From Camelus dromedarius (taxonomy: Eukaryota): 64,000 nucleotides of DNA. Positions within the stretch are counted from its first letter, which is position 1. Each line of letters begins with the position of its first letter. A model generated the notes under the pieces. It was not told the DNA's origin, made no database searches, and saw nothing but the letters and a program-made list of their open reading frames with translations. Location of the stretch: the NCBI RefSeq assembly GCF_036321535.1, contig NC_087436.1, positions 4,588,001-4,652,000 of the forward strand, read 5' to 3'. The position numbers and the translations under genes are program-made. Of this stretch, positions 11,818 through 23,628 are shown piece after piece.

Positions 11818-12373
11818 TGTTACCGAGTCCAAACTCGTTCTGCTCACTGCACAACAGGCCAATAAAACTGGAGACGAGGTGCTAGGGCAAGGAATAGCGA
11901 CTTTATTTGGAAAGCCGGCAGACCAAGAAGATGGCAGACTAATGTCTTGGAGAACCACCCTGCTCCAGTCAGAATGCAGGCTCCTTTTATACAAACAAAA
12001 CAAAACAAAACAAAACAAAACAAAACAAAACAGGAGAGGGGGTGTGGTTGGTTGTTGCAAACTTCTTGTGGCAGGAATCCTTTGTTCTTGCAGCTGTCCA
12101 TGTGGGTCAGGCCATGGTGTCCCTGTAAACTTCCAACAAAGCAAAGGTTATTCTCTATTTTGCAACTTGCCTTCATCTACATGAGTGCAGAAGAGCTACC
12201 ATCCTTAAAGGTCAGGCCAGGACAATAGGCTCTCCTATAGATTTCAGACTAAAGGCAACATTGTTTCCCAAAAGGTGCAGAGCTGGCAAGACTGAGCCTA
12301 GAGAACAGGGCACAGTGGTTAAAGCTAAAGGAACAGATCCAACATAGAGTCAGATCTGTTCTCCTCTGTTACA
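11818..12373 (-). mobile_element. Solo ERV1-class LTR
   Basis: TG...CA ends, 556 bp, exact TSD TGCT (11814-11817 / 12374-12377); minus-strand TATAAAA (11985-11991) precedes minus-strand AATAAA (11902-11907). Confidence 0.9.
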
Positions 12374-12925
12374 TGCTGGTGAGGAAGAACTGGGGAGTGA
12401 AGGGTATGTCAAGCACCAGGTAGGAGGTTCAAGTTCAGCCATCTGAATAGTGGCTTGGTAACTGTTGCTAACACCCCTCTGGGTGAGAAGACTTTCTTCC
12501 CAATCAGGCTGCCAGCCTCAATTCCATCTCATTGTCATAACTAGTACGAAGCACAGCCCTGGACCAGAGGAAAGTCCCAGCCCTCTTCATGCGACAGTTC
12601 CAGAAGCCTGCGTTCATCCTCACTGCAGAGGAAGACAACCTGCACACCCTCTGAGCAGAACAGGTGAATTGCTAAGGCCCCAGCTGGTTCACGGGTGCCC
12701 TGAGCCCGCTGAGGGCAGAGCACTTGTTCAGGAAGAATGGCAGCAGCGGGGGCATCAAAGGCTTAGCTCTTCTGAAGACCTCATTCAGCCTTCAATCTGT
12801 CCAGAGATGATGGTCAGAGGTGTGGGAGTTTGTTCAGTGGCCCTGGCTGCCACGAGGGAGCTGGGTTCTTTGGGGGAGATTTCCATGAGGCAGACCAACT
12901 CCCATGGGACCTGTAGAGAGGGCAC

Positions 12926-13392
12926 TGTCATGGGCTGAACTGTGTTACCCCTAGGTTCATCTGTTGAAGCGCTGGTCCGGGTACCTCCGAATGTGACCTT
13001 ATTTGGGAATAAGATCCTAGAAGATGTAATTCATGAAGCTGAGATGAGATGAGGCCTTATGGAGTAGACAGACTCCACCCCTCATCCAGTGTGGCTGGTA
13101 CACCTACAGAAAGGGGACGTTTGGACACAAGACACACACAGAGAGGACACTATGTAAAGATGAAGGCAGAGCCGTGATGCTTCTACAAGTCAAAGAACAA
13201 GAATTAATGCCAGAATCAGCCAGAATTCCCGTGGGAGGCATGGGCAGATTTTTTTCCTCACATTCCTCAGAAGGAACCAGACCTGCCAACACCTTGGTTT
13301 TGGATCTTAGTCTCCTGTACCAGGAGACAATAAATGTCTTGCTGTTTAATCACCAGGATACTTTGTTTTGGCAACTCAAGTAAACTAATGTA
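12926..13392 (+). mobile_element. MaLR LTR (MLT1B/C-like)
   Basis: TGTCATGGGCTGAACTGTG start, AATGTGACCTTATTTGG, AGAAGGAACCA..CCTGCCAACACCTTG, AATAAA near the end; near-TSD GGCAC/GGCAT. Confidence 0.8.
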
Positions 13393-16158
13393 GGCATTGA
13401 CCTATATTTGGACCTTTAATGCCCTGAATTGGATTTACAGTGCTGATTAAAATGACTCACTGGAGAATGTAAGACTCACATAGACAAAGTGCTGAAGTCA
13501 GACCCACAGCCCTGGAAAACTATCTAGAACTTGCATGTAAATTGGGCAAGAATTTAAGGATATTTTCTGGGTAGGAGGGCAACAAATGCCCCAGATTAAA
13601 GCAAGCTCCTTAAAAAGAAGTTGCCGCTCTGTAGACTTGTAAGTCAACCCCTTGTCAACTGACCTGAGCAAAACCCACGCCCCTGTTGGAATCTGCCTTG
13701 TGATTCTGCAGAGTCCAGTGTCCCCAAGTCTGACAGACGGGGACAGTGATGAGGACCTTGCCACCAGCTCGAGCGTGCTGGGCAGATCGAAGACACTGGA
13801 AGCCCATTTGATGGAGCCACCTCCACACCCTCAAAAGTGACAGTGACACTCCTTGCTTAGTGGCCTGAAGCCACCATCCCCTCCACACTCCTTGACCCGT
13901 CCTACTCTGACCTCAGCTGCTTAAAGCAGACATGGGTGAGGTCAAGGTCTCCCTGCCCCCACGTGGAATCACAGGTCACAAGCACCTGTCTGAATATTGT
14001 GGGGCGGGGGGTGTTTGGGAAGGGGGAGGGAAAGAGAGAAAAATTTTATGACTCTGTTGTTGACAAGTCACCATCCCACCTGGTTCCTTGGAGGGATGTG
14101 GCATGTGAATTAAATTAGTGGGATGTAAGTAAAAACCACAGTGGAAGAAAGAAGGAAGTGTATCTTGTGTTCGGGGCTTTGTAAGCTAACTACATAAGTA
14201 GTGTCGTTACATCTACATCTGGACGTGTATTTGGAACTGACCAGCTCTGTGCTCTTGCTGCCTTGAGCTACGAATGCCTCAGGGGGTTCTCGCAGTCAGA
14301 CCAGTGCTAGCTCCCCTGGGGCCCCCAGCCCTCAGGATGCCTTTGAGCTGCAAGTCTCTGGTCGGATTGTTTTGCTGGTGGGAGCCCATGGGGAAGGGAG
14401 TCAGCCTTCCCCAGAAGTCCTGCTTGAGGTGTGGACCTGTCACCTCCCTGCTGGAGGACGCGGCTCCAGCTCATAAGGATGAAGACCTATTGGTGGAGCG
14501 TCTCCTCTTACTGAGTCTCCATACAGGTGGGGAATAGAATCGATGAACATAATTAATAATTATTATTGTAGTTACTGTAATTCGTTTCTCTAAGTTTTAT
14601 TTAAAGTGCACCTGACTTTTCCAGATGAGGGATTTAGGTGAAATAAGGGGAGAATTGGAAAGAAGCTGAGGTCATAGCTGCTGAAATAAGACGCAGATTC
14701 ATGGGGGAGGAGGAGCGGAAGTCCCCCACCTCGGTGGGTGGTGGGGGTGGCTCCCTGACCCCCGGAGGGAGGGCGGAGTGAAGAGAATCAGTGATGGTCA
14801 TCATTCAAAGCCCCCTCCCCAAGCCAGACCTTCGTCACAAAAGAAAATGTCCTCTGCATCTCCGCAAACTGTTGTACATGCTTTGTGTTTTAATCTTTTT
14901 TTTTTTTTTTTTTTGGCCTTAAATACTGAAGGCCCTGTCATTTCTTGCCAGGTTACAAGGAACAGGGTCCTCTGCGCCCCGCTGACACTTACTGACTTTT
15001 TCAGACACAGCGGGTAGAGGTCCAGCACCAGCATCTCCTGCACAAACTGCAGGCTTCCCTTCCCCTCCCCTCCCCCCGGAGCAGCAGCCACTCGGTCTCT
15101 CGGGGGCCTGACACCTTCATGAGCAAAGACTAGACTGGTTTATGCATACAGGTGGGACCCCTCACGTCTACCAGCTGGATGGGAGGCAGTGGAGGGGGCA
15201 CCATCAGCCTGTGCGCCCTGCCTGCAGGGACTTCCACGTGGGAGGCCACAGCACTTTCCAGGGGCACCGTGTGCAATCTGGGACTGCACTTGTGTGCCAG
15301 CCCAGCCCGGATTTTCCTTTCCTCTGAAAACACAGAGACCTGTCCTGTAGAAGCGGGAGGAGGAGGGAGGAAATAGGAGATATTCAAGGGTTTGAGGGCT
15401 CGGCATGGGAGGGTGGTGAGGCCTGGGGGTGACTGCAGCGAAGGGGGCACCCCAACATGGCTCCTGTCGCATCCTCTGATGTCTGACACCCCTACTGTCT
15501 CCAGGTCAGGACGACCATGGACGGCGCTCTCTGACTGTGTCCATGGTCCACCGAGCCTACTAGACCAGGGCCCAGAGCCCTTCTCTCCAGGGGGAATGAA
15601 ACACTCCTGAATTAAGAGCAAATGCATCTTCCCTGTTATAAACCTGGAGGTTCTGGGTAGAGGGAGGGACGGGGAGATCGCCACTCCCCCCCCTCAAGGA
15701 CACATCCAACAGAGAGGCTGCCATCACCTGGCAAAGGCATGGAAGTGTGTGTTACTGACAGCTGCTTCCTGTGGGTGGGGATGTCCCCTCTCTGGCTGGC
15801 TGTGCAGGCTGAAAAGGGCCCTGGATGGGCTCATGGCTCCACCAGGGGCTGGGAGGCAGGTCCTGCAGGGCGGTTCCTCCCACCTGGCCAGTTGCACCCG
15901 GGGGCAGCTTCCCTCCAGGATGATTTTGCACTGAGCCCGGGAGCTCCTTCCTGCCAGGGGCTGCAGTGTGCACAGAGCTTCCTTGGAGCTGGTGCAGCCT
16001 GATTAGGAGTCTTGTCTTCACAGGGAGTTCCTGCCACTCATCCTGCAAACTTGGCATCAAGGTAGAGGAGGCAGGGGTACCATGTGTGAGGTGTAACCGG
16101 GAGCCCTGGTCCAGGAGGCTCAGCAGACAATGGACACGGTCCAGAGGGCACTGTCTGT

Positions 16159-16171
16159 GGTCATCCTGACC
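16159..16171. promoter_or_regulatory. Perfect consensus estrogen response element (motif only)
   Basis: GGTCA-TCC-TGACC; function not shown. Confidence 0.4.
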
Positions 16172-17454
16172 ACGGGGGCCTCTAAGAGTGGGCCGCCTGC
16201 TTCAGAACCGCGGGAGAAAGGGGAGCTTGTTAAAGCTGCAGGTCCCTGGAAACAGCCACAGGCTTGTCAGGTAGAATGGCAGGGTCGCAACCCAGGAGTC
16301 TGCAGGGTAAACAAATGCTTCAACAGATTTTGTCTTTTTTAAAATCAGAATTCTCAATTCCAGATGCCTACTATATACAGTCCCTCTCCAAGGGCTGGGT
16401 CACTGTCTGAGTGTTCATCCGCTGGACGGCAGAGTCTGCCAGCCGGGAACACCTCTCTAACCCGCGGATTGCTGGGTCAGCGTTGCAGCCCGCAGTCCCC
16501 CAGATTCCCAGACCACAGCCGGCGGACGCGTTTAGGGAGGCAGAGAAACACCAAACTTCCCTGGATTCCTTCCAGCACATCCCTGGCTCTCCCAGGCTCA
16601 GCAGGGTCGGGGTGGGGGGTGATGGGCATGGTCCAGCACACGGAGCCTGGAGCAGAAGGAGAGACAGACCGACCCAGCGTGCCAGACCAAACGTGATCGG
16701 AGTACTTCCGAGCCCAGGAGTAAGTGACAGTCACTAAGAGTCCCAGCCAAGGAGCAGCCTCTGGGCCGCAGACCAGAAGGTGAAATCGTCGGACTGGGAT
16801 GGAGAAGTGCCAGCCAGTTGGCCGGTAGGGCTGTTCCTGCATTTACTCTCCATTTATGTGATCAGTGTCTTCAGCGCAAAACCATGAGAAGTCACCACTG
16901 TGATTTGTGCTCACAGGCGCATCGTGCAACGTGACTCACTTCCTCTGGAGTTTTCTCTACCCGCAAGATGAGCGGTTTCATCTGTTGGTCCCCATCCTTT
17001 TTCCCAGCCTCTGGCTTCCCTGCTGGCTCTTTCTGAAACCTCATTCTCAGCTCTCAGGGCGAAGCTTTACAGATTCCTGATGTTCAAATGTGACGGATAA
17101 AAAGGAAAAAAATTTGTTAGTGTTGGGAAACAGACCAAGGCTTTTGACGGGGGTGGAAGGAGGGCTTCGAACTGTGAAAGACAAGCAGGAAAAACTTTAG
17201 ACCCTGTAACGCACCTACCAACACAGAGCAAAGGCACCTTTTCTAGCTCCTCATATCAAAAACTATTAAATAATGTTGCCTCCTTGTAAAAAGCCCCACC
17301 ACCACCCTCATCCACATACTTATATAATACATGCAATGTAACTCATAGAGTCTCTTTTTGGGGTCACTTTTTATAGAGGAAGTTAGTGAAATTCCACATA
17401 ATTTATGATTTTCCCAGGACTTTGCTGGTCTTCCTCACGGTTCTGTGAGTTCCT

Positions 17455-17620
17455 CGATGTTCCAAGGTGGTGGAGTAGAAGGGCGTGTAGCTCACCCTCT
17501 CCCACGAACACCCCAAAAATTACAGCTAAATATGGAACAATCCGCACAGATACCTACTGAACTGTGGCAGAATATCTTTCACTTTGGAAATACAAGAAAA
17601 TCCTCACAAAACCTGATAAG
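17455..17620 (+). mobile_element. L1 5'-end (promoter)-like fragment
   Basis: CCAAGGTGGTGGAGTAGAAGGGCGTGTAGCTCACCCTCTCCCACGAACAC resembles the CAAGATGGCGGAGTAG start of laurasiatherian L1 5'UTRs, from recall. Confidence 0.55.
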
Positions 17621-18043
17621 CAGCACGTTTCTTCTTGTTCACAGGGACGTCTATCATTCACAGAGAACTATATTCCATATCTTGTACTAGCCTACAAGGC
17701 AAACGAATATGAAGACAACACAAAAAAATATTCCTAAGATTCTTTTCTGTGTAAGTCAGCCACAGCTAGTTTCTACTGTTTGCAGGGTAGAACTCTGATG
17801 GATGGTGGGACAAACCATTCTTGTGACGGTTAATCCTGGGGAAACATCCTTCCTTCAAAGATAGCCGTGGCCCTCCATCGTGTGTGTGTGGGTTCCTATA
17901 CTGTACGTAAGGTACATCAGTGTGATGTACGTGTGAAACACAACACAGCCAGCAGGAGAACAGGGAGAGGGCCACGCAGAGTAACAGGGTGGGTGGAGCA
18001 GAGTGGGAGGCTCTACTTTTGTTGACATCTCTGACCGTGACTT

Positions 18044-18250
18044 GGACACCCCTGCCTCTCTTATAAGGACCTTTGTGATGACACAGGGTCCCTCAGAAAA
18101 TCCAGGATACTCTCAAAATTCCTGATTTACTCACATGTGCAAAGTCTCTTTTGTTATATATGGTAACACACTCACAGGCTCTGGTGATGAGGACACGGAC
18201 ATCTTGGGGTGGGGGTGAGGGTGGGTGGGGGTCTGGATTCTGTCACCACA
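18044..18250 (-). mobile_element. MaLR (MLT1) LTR fragment
   Basis: CTTATAAGGAC..., AATCCAGGATA, TGCAAAGTCTCTTTTG, GGACATCTTGGGG motifs typical of antisense MLT1. Confidence 0.65.
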
Positions 18251-20010
18251 GCACACCTGATCACCCACATCACAGCTCAGGACTCCTTAACTAGCTCACA
18301 GCTCACACCACTGTACTATTGTTTTAATGTGAAAAAAAACTCTTGGTTTCACTAAAATCACCTTTACCTAGATCAGATTGGAAAAAATCCACAGATTTCC
18401 ATAGCAGGCCAAAAAAGTAGGTCTGAGCAGCCTTGGAAACTATGGCCAGTTACTTGTGGTCTTTTTTATTGGTTTCTTGGCAAGGATGCAAATGAAACAA
18501 CAGAGTCCAAGAAGGAAGAAATAAGAGCTTTTCAATAACATGAAGGCAGATTTCTGGTGGAGAGAACAGAAAAACGTACCCCGGGGTGGCTTGACTCTCC
18601 TTCACTCAGGACAATAGAGCAGAGCAGACCTGGAGCTGACTCGGGCTCCGGGCCGCGGCGCTGAGCTGATGACCAGGGACCAGCACTGTCACCAGCACAG
18701 CGCAGGTCAAAATGGACTGGGACTGTTTTAGAAGCACATTTCTGATCTGCATTATCCAGGTCACGTTCGATGAGTATTCACTGCGTATCAGGTGCTGTCA
18801 TATGTCCTTTCATCTCCACGACGGCCTTACTTTCAGAGGTTTGGAGAGATTAGTAAGCTGTCCACAGCAGGGCCAAAGGCCAGAAGCCTTAGGAACCCCA
18901 TTCTCTTATCCTCTTCACGGCGTTTTCTTACACCACGAATGTTCAAAATTTATATAATTCAGACAGAGAATCATGTGATAAAGACAGCAAGTCCAAAGTG
19001 CATTAAATTGTACTATATGCAAGATGCATTCATGTATGTTAATTCATTTGATCCTTATCAAAACTACAGAAAGCATAAAATTATTTTATCATTACTGTCA
19101 TTGTTATTATCTCATGACTATTTATAATGTCCTTGTTTTACAGACATGAAAAGAGAAGGGAAGTCATGTGAACTCCCCTATGTACATGGTGATCAAGTTG
19201 CAGACGACTCCTTTTTTGATTTCTACCTATTCAGTCATCATAACAAACAAACACAAACTGTTGATTCTTCAGACGCGTAGAGGGTTACATCAGAAGGAAA
19301 GAACTATGGGTTTGGGACCAACCACCTTCAGCAGGGTCAGGTCACACAGTGGAAGGATGCCTCTTACCAGCTTATGAGCTCCTCTCTCCTCCAGCCTCAG
19401 GTGCTCACATCCATAATCAGCAAAGCGGTATCTTCCCTCACAGACAGTGAGACGTCTACACCGCAGACAACGTGTGTGCAAGCACTTGGTAAACGGCAAA
19501 AGTTACCCAGAGGTAAGACTTTCCTTTTAAACCGAAGAGCATTAGACTCATTCCAGTGGAGCAAATACTGTTCCACACTCTGATCTTTTCAAAACGGCAC
19601 TGATGCTTCACAAGGGAAGCTGCGTTAAGGGCTCTTTGCATCTGGCCAAACCGGTTTAGGGCTTTTTGTTTCTGTATTTCAGCTTGATGTTCTTTGTCAT
19701 GCGAAGGAAAGAGCCTTCAAAATGCATTCTAAAGGGCATTTTAATAAATATGTACGCTTGATAAACATACTAGTGGATACATTCAATGCAATTGTTTTGC
19801 TTCAAATGTCAATGAAAATGAGTAAGATTTTACCGCGTCAGCCTAGAATTTCAACTTTTTATGTTGCTCATAAAGCACCCCTTCAGAATAAAAGCTCACA
19901 CTCTATGTAAATGCATTGAAGGGCAGTTTTCTTTTCATTATTTTTAACTCATATTTGTTAGAAAATTGATAATATTATTGTAAAATTTAGTTAGGTTTGG
20001 ATTTTATTTT

Positions 20011-20228
20011 ATGTTTTCATTGAAGTATAGTCTATTTGCCATGTTGTGTTAATTTCTGGTGTACGGCATAGTGATTCATATTATGACTCATTATAGGTCA
20101 TTACAAGATACTGTATGTAGTTCCCTGTGCTACACAGTAGGACCTGGCTGTTTATCTATTTTATATACAGTAGTGTGTATCTGCAAATCCCAAACTCCCA
20201 ATTTATCCCTCCACCTTCCCCTTTCCCC
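20011..20228 (-). mobile_element. 5'-truncated L1 3' end
   Basis: ATTGAAGTATAG...GTTCCCTGTGCTACACAGTAGGACC; TSD TGGATTTTATTTT (19998-20010 / 20229-20241). Confidence 0.85.
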
Positions 20229-20573
20229 TGGATTTTATTTTTAACAAAAAGAAAAGTACAGAATTCTGAACATGCAAGGTAGACGCAGCCGAGGAGTTGT
20301 CAGGTTGTCACGTGTCACTCAGGGCTTCCTACGTGAGTCCTCGCCGGAGCTCCTAATTCCAGGCTGTAAGTAACAGTCGGGTGGCTCTTTAAAGCTGATG
20401 CGATGCTTTCAAACACATCTCACGTGATGCTCCTGGTACCTTGGCTGAGCACAGTGGGCCAGGCACTGCCATCCCGGTCATAAAATGGGGAGTCAGAGGC
20501 TCCAGGGAAGTTGCCCAGCAAGAAACTGACAAGGCTGAGCTGGACCATCTAACTGCCGCCTTTAAGCTCTTTT

Positions 20574-20719
20574 TTTCTTTTTCACTCTCTCTTTAATAAA
20601 AAAAAAAAAATTGAAGTGCAATCAATTACAATGGGTCAGTCTCTGCTGTACAATCTTATGGTTACTAGGGAAACGGGGTGGGAGGGGATAAGTTTGGGAG
20701 TTTGAGATTTACAAATGTT
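20574..20719. mobile_element. Tiny 5'-inverted L1 insertion
   Basis: Minus-strand L1 terminus joined to a plus-strand L1 3'UTR piece; TSD AGCTCTTTT (20565-20573 / 20720-20728). Confidence 0.7.
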
Positions 20720-22062
20720 AGCTCTTTTCACCGTGCTCTCGCCACGAGGGGGACATATCGCATTTCTGGAAGAGGGGCACAAGGAGTTTCGTCAGGTTAG
20801 TGGTTGATTCTGAAAACAGCAATCGCAGCGACAACCTGAAAAATAACATAAGTGATCAGTTTCTGAGCATTCAGAGTGCGCCTTCCACTGCTGGAGGATC
20901 ACACTCGCACAAAACCATGTGCTGCTCACAACAAACCTGCGAGGGAGGTAATGTGTTTAATCTCCTTAACCCTGGAGTGTATTGATCTGTTATTTTCCCC
21001 ATGTGATAAGTGAGAAAAATTGAGAAACTTGTTCAACATCAGTCCTCTACCCAATGGTGAAAAAGAGGCAGTCTGACTCAGGAGTCTATAGGTTAACTCC
21101 TACACTGGACTGTCCCTGTAGCTAACTTTGCCCTTTGCTTTTTCAACCAGGGAAAGATAAAAAGAGAGGCATTCAGACAGTTGAATGTGTGGTTCTCATG
21201 GTCCTCTATTTCCTTCTCACCGGTGACACTCAGTGTGTAATTGAACGGAGTCACACTTCAATGCACTACCTAGAGGCTCTTAAGAGTCGTGGACCACTTT
21301 GAAACCGACATATGTGATGCAAGGGCTCGATTCCAACCACCGCTACGTGAGAAAAGAGGAAGGTATATTTAGACCTGGCTTCCTAGGAATCTTAAAATCT
21401 TCCAGGGCTTCTAAGGACAATAATTCATTACTTTACTAATTCATACTTCTTGGCTAATATTTTAAATGTTCATTGTTCCCCAGCAAAGCAAAGTGCATAA
21501 TTTCCTGATATAGAAAAAGGTTTTTACTAAATGACCTGTAAAAATACCTTTCAGAGCTCAAAGTAGATAAATCTTTGAATCTTTGACATATTCATGGTAG
21601 ATCTATTCTTATTTTTTTTTTTTAAGTCTCATTATCTCTCTCAGCCACATGTAAGTGTAGGCTGTGGCCAAAGTAAGAAACTTGTTAGTTTTTATTTTAA
21701 TCAGTTTGACTCCAGAAGCATAGCATTAGAGCTGAGTCTGGTTTTCATAAGCTTTTTCTCAGCAATAAAACATATTTTTCCTTAATTGCATATATTCCAA
21801 TATACATCTTCGTGATGAGTTGATTTATCTTAAAGCTTCTAATTATTATAACATGGCACTAAGTATCATTTTAAATTCTTTTTAATTTCTTTCAATTCAC
21901 TTATAGAGTCCAAGCATTATACATATATATATGCTTGAACATATATATGTATGTGTATTTTTGGTTTGTTTATAAATTCTGATGGCAAGATAAACATTGA
22001 AAGGAATTTGGTACAGAAGAGTAACTTCAGAAAGTGCTTCTCCTAATATTCAGTAATACCTT

Positions 22063-22225
22063 CTGCATATATACATAGATGTATAGTTGATTTACAACGT
22101 TGTGTTAGTTTCTGATGTACAGCATAGGGATTCAGTTATACATACACATATATATTCTTTTTCATTATAGGTTACTACAAGGTATTGAATATAGTTCTCT
22201 GTGCTATAAAATAGGACTTTGTTGT
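22063..22225 (-). mobile_element. 5'-truncated L1 3' end
   Basis: GTATAGTTGATTTACAACGTTGTGTTAG...; TSD TTCAGTAATACCTT (22049-22062 / 22226-22239). Confidence 0.85.
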
Positions 22226-23354
22226 TTCAGTAATACCTTTTCCCTGTGACGTAGGGTTAATTTGCAAATTAAAAGGAAATCTGAATGTCACCTCTTTAGG
22301 AATCTGAATTATTGAATCTCCTTTGCCATCGATCAGAACCACGTCACGTAACATGACACTTGGAACGTACTCTTCTCCTTGCTCACGGGCACTCGGAATT
22401 CTCTGCTGTTGTCAGGACGGAGGGACTGTAGCAGCGACAATCTCACAGGAGGTGTGACTGTCTGTGCTTATCCAGCACTGGCAACAGAAGCTTCACGAAG
22501 AAACAATAATCGGGCTCTGAGCCACGCAGATTAAAGAAGCGTATGACTATCGAGCAAAACATTGTATAAGGAACTGCTGAAATTAAAGGACACGATGCTC
22601 TGTGACGTGGTCCAAAAATAGAAGCCCTAATTCCGCGGTAGGAAGAATCTGGCAAAACACCAAAGCTTTGAAAAGCAACGTGCAGACCTGAGGACAGTCC
22701 CCGAATGTTTCCTCTTTAACCCAACCTTGGGTCTGTTATCTTCCCGTCGCTGGAAGAGCCTTGAAAACAATGCTTACTCTGCGCTTAATGTTTAACGTAC
22801 CCAACAAATTTCCTCTTATTAGCTGAAAATGTGAGTCATTTCAGCTGGCATTTGGGAAAGCCACATAGTACCTTTCTACTTATTTATTTTTCACACAGTA
22901 GGCTGATCTTCAAATAGTTGGCGTTGACTCTGCGGCTGGCTAAGCCCTTCCCCAGGGGCTCTCTTTCCTCTAGCCCTGGTCCTCCTCCTCGGAGAGGCCA
23001 CCATTATACGGTTTCCAGGAACACCACGTCATCTGCTCATGAACTGGCTGTCCTGCTGATAACAGGTAGGACTCTTGCAGAAGCAAAGAGACGCACTTTG
23101 GGGCCCTCAGGGCTGGTGGCATCCTCTCTCCCTAAACATCAAATCCCTTAAAGTATCTGTGGGCCAATGAATGTTGGCAAAGTTTCAGTGAACAGAACTT
23201 CCTTTAGATTCAGGGGACGGTCAGGTAATTAACAAACAAAACAGTGTAATATATTGACAAATGCAAACACTCTTGGACAAAATGGACTATGAGAGCAGAA
23301 GTTTGAATTTCAGAGAGAGAAACAAAGCTGGCAGGGAAGCCCACCATTTCTTTC

Positions 23355-23628
23355 CTTGTTTTATTGAAGTTAATTTACAGTGTTGTGTTAGGTCCTTGTG
23401 GACAGTGTAGTGATTCAGTCATACTTACACATATATATTCTTTTTCATTATAGGTTATGCAGCTGACAAAGGCTTAATTTCCAGAATATACAAACGGCTC
23501 ATACAACTCAATAGCAAAAAACCCTGAACAACCCAGTGAAAAACAGGCACAAGACAGAAAATGGACGTTTCTCCAATGAGGAAAAGACATACAGTTGGCC
23601 GACGGGCACAGGAAAAGATGCTCAGCAT
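23355..23628. mobile_element. L1 3' end (minus) fused to an inverted, decayed ORF2 fragment (plus)
   Basis: 23355-23456 is antisense L1 terminus; 23457-23628 translates as AADKGLISRIYKRLIQLNSKK...HRKRCSAS, L1 ORF2 C-terminal region with frameshifts. Confidence 0.75.

Noticed and set aside
1..12373. Possible full provirus between the two related LTRs
   Set aside because: No gag/pol/env; the interior is host gene sequence and the right LTR has its own TSD
12997..13006. CArG box CCTTATTTGG
   Set aside because: Lies in a stretch that appears to be ordinary MLT1 sequence; no independent support
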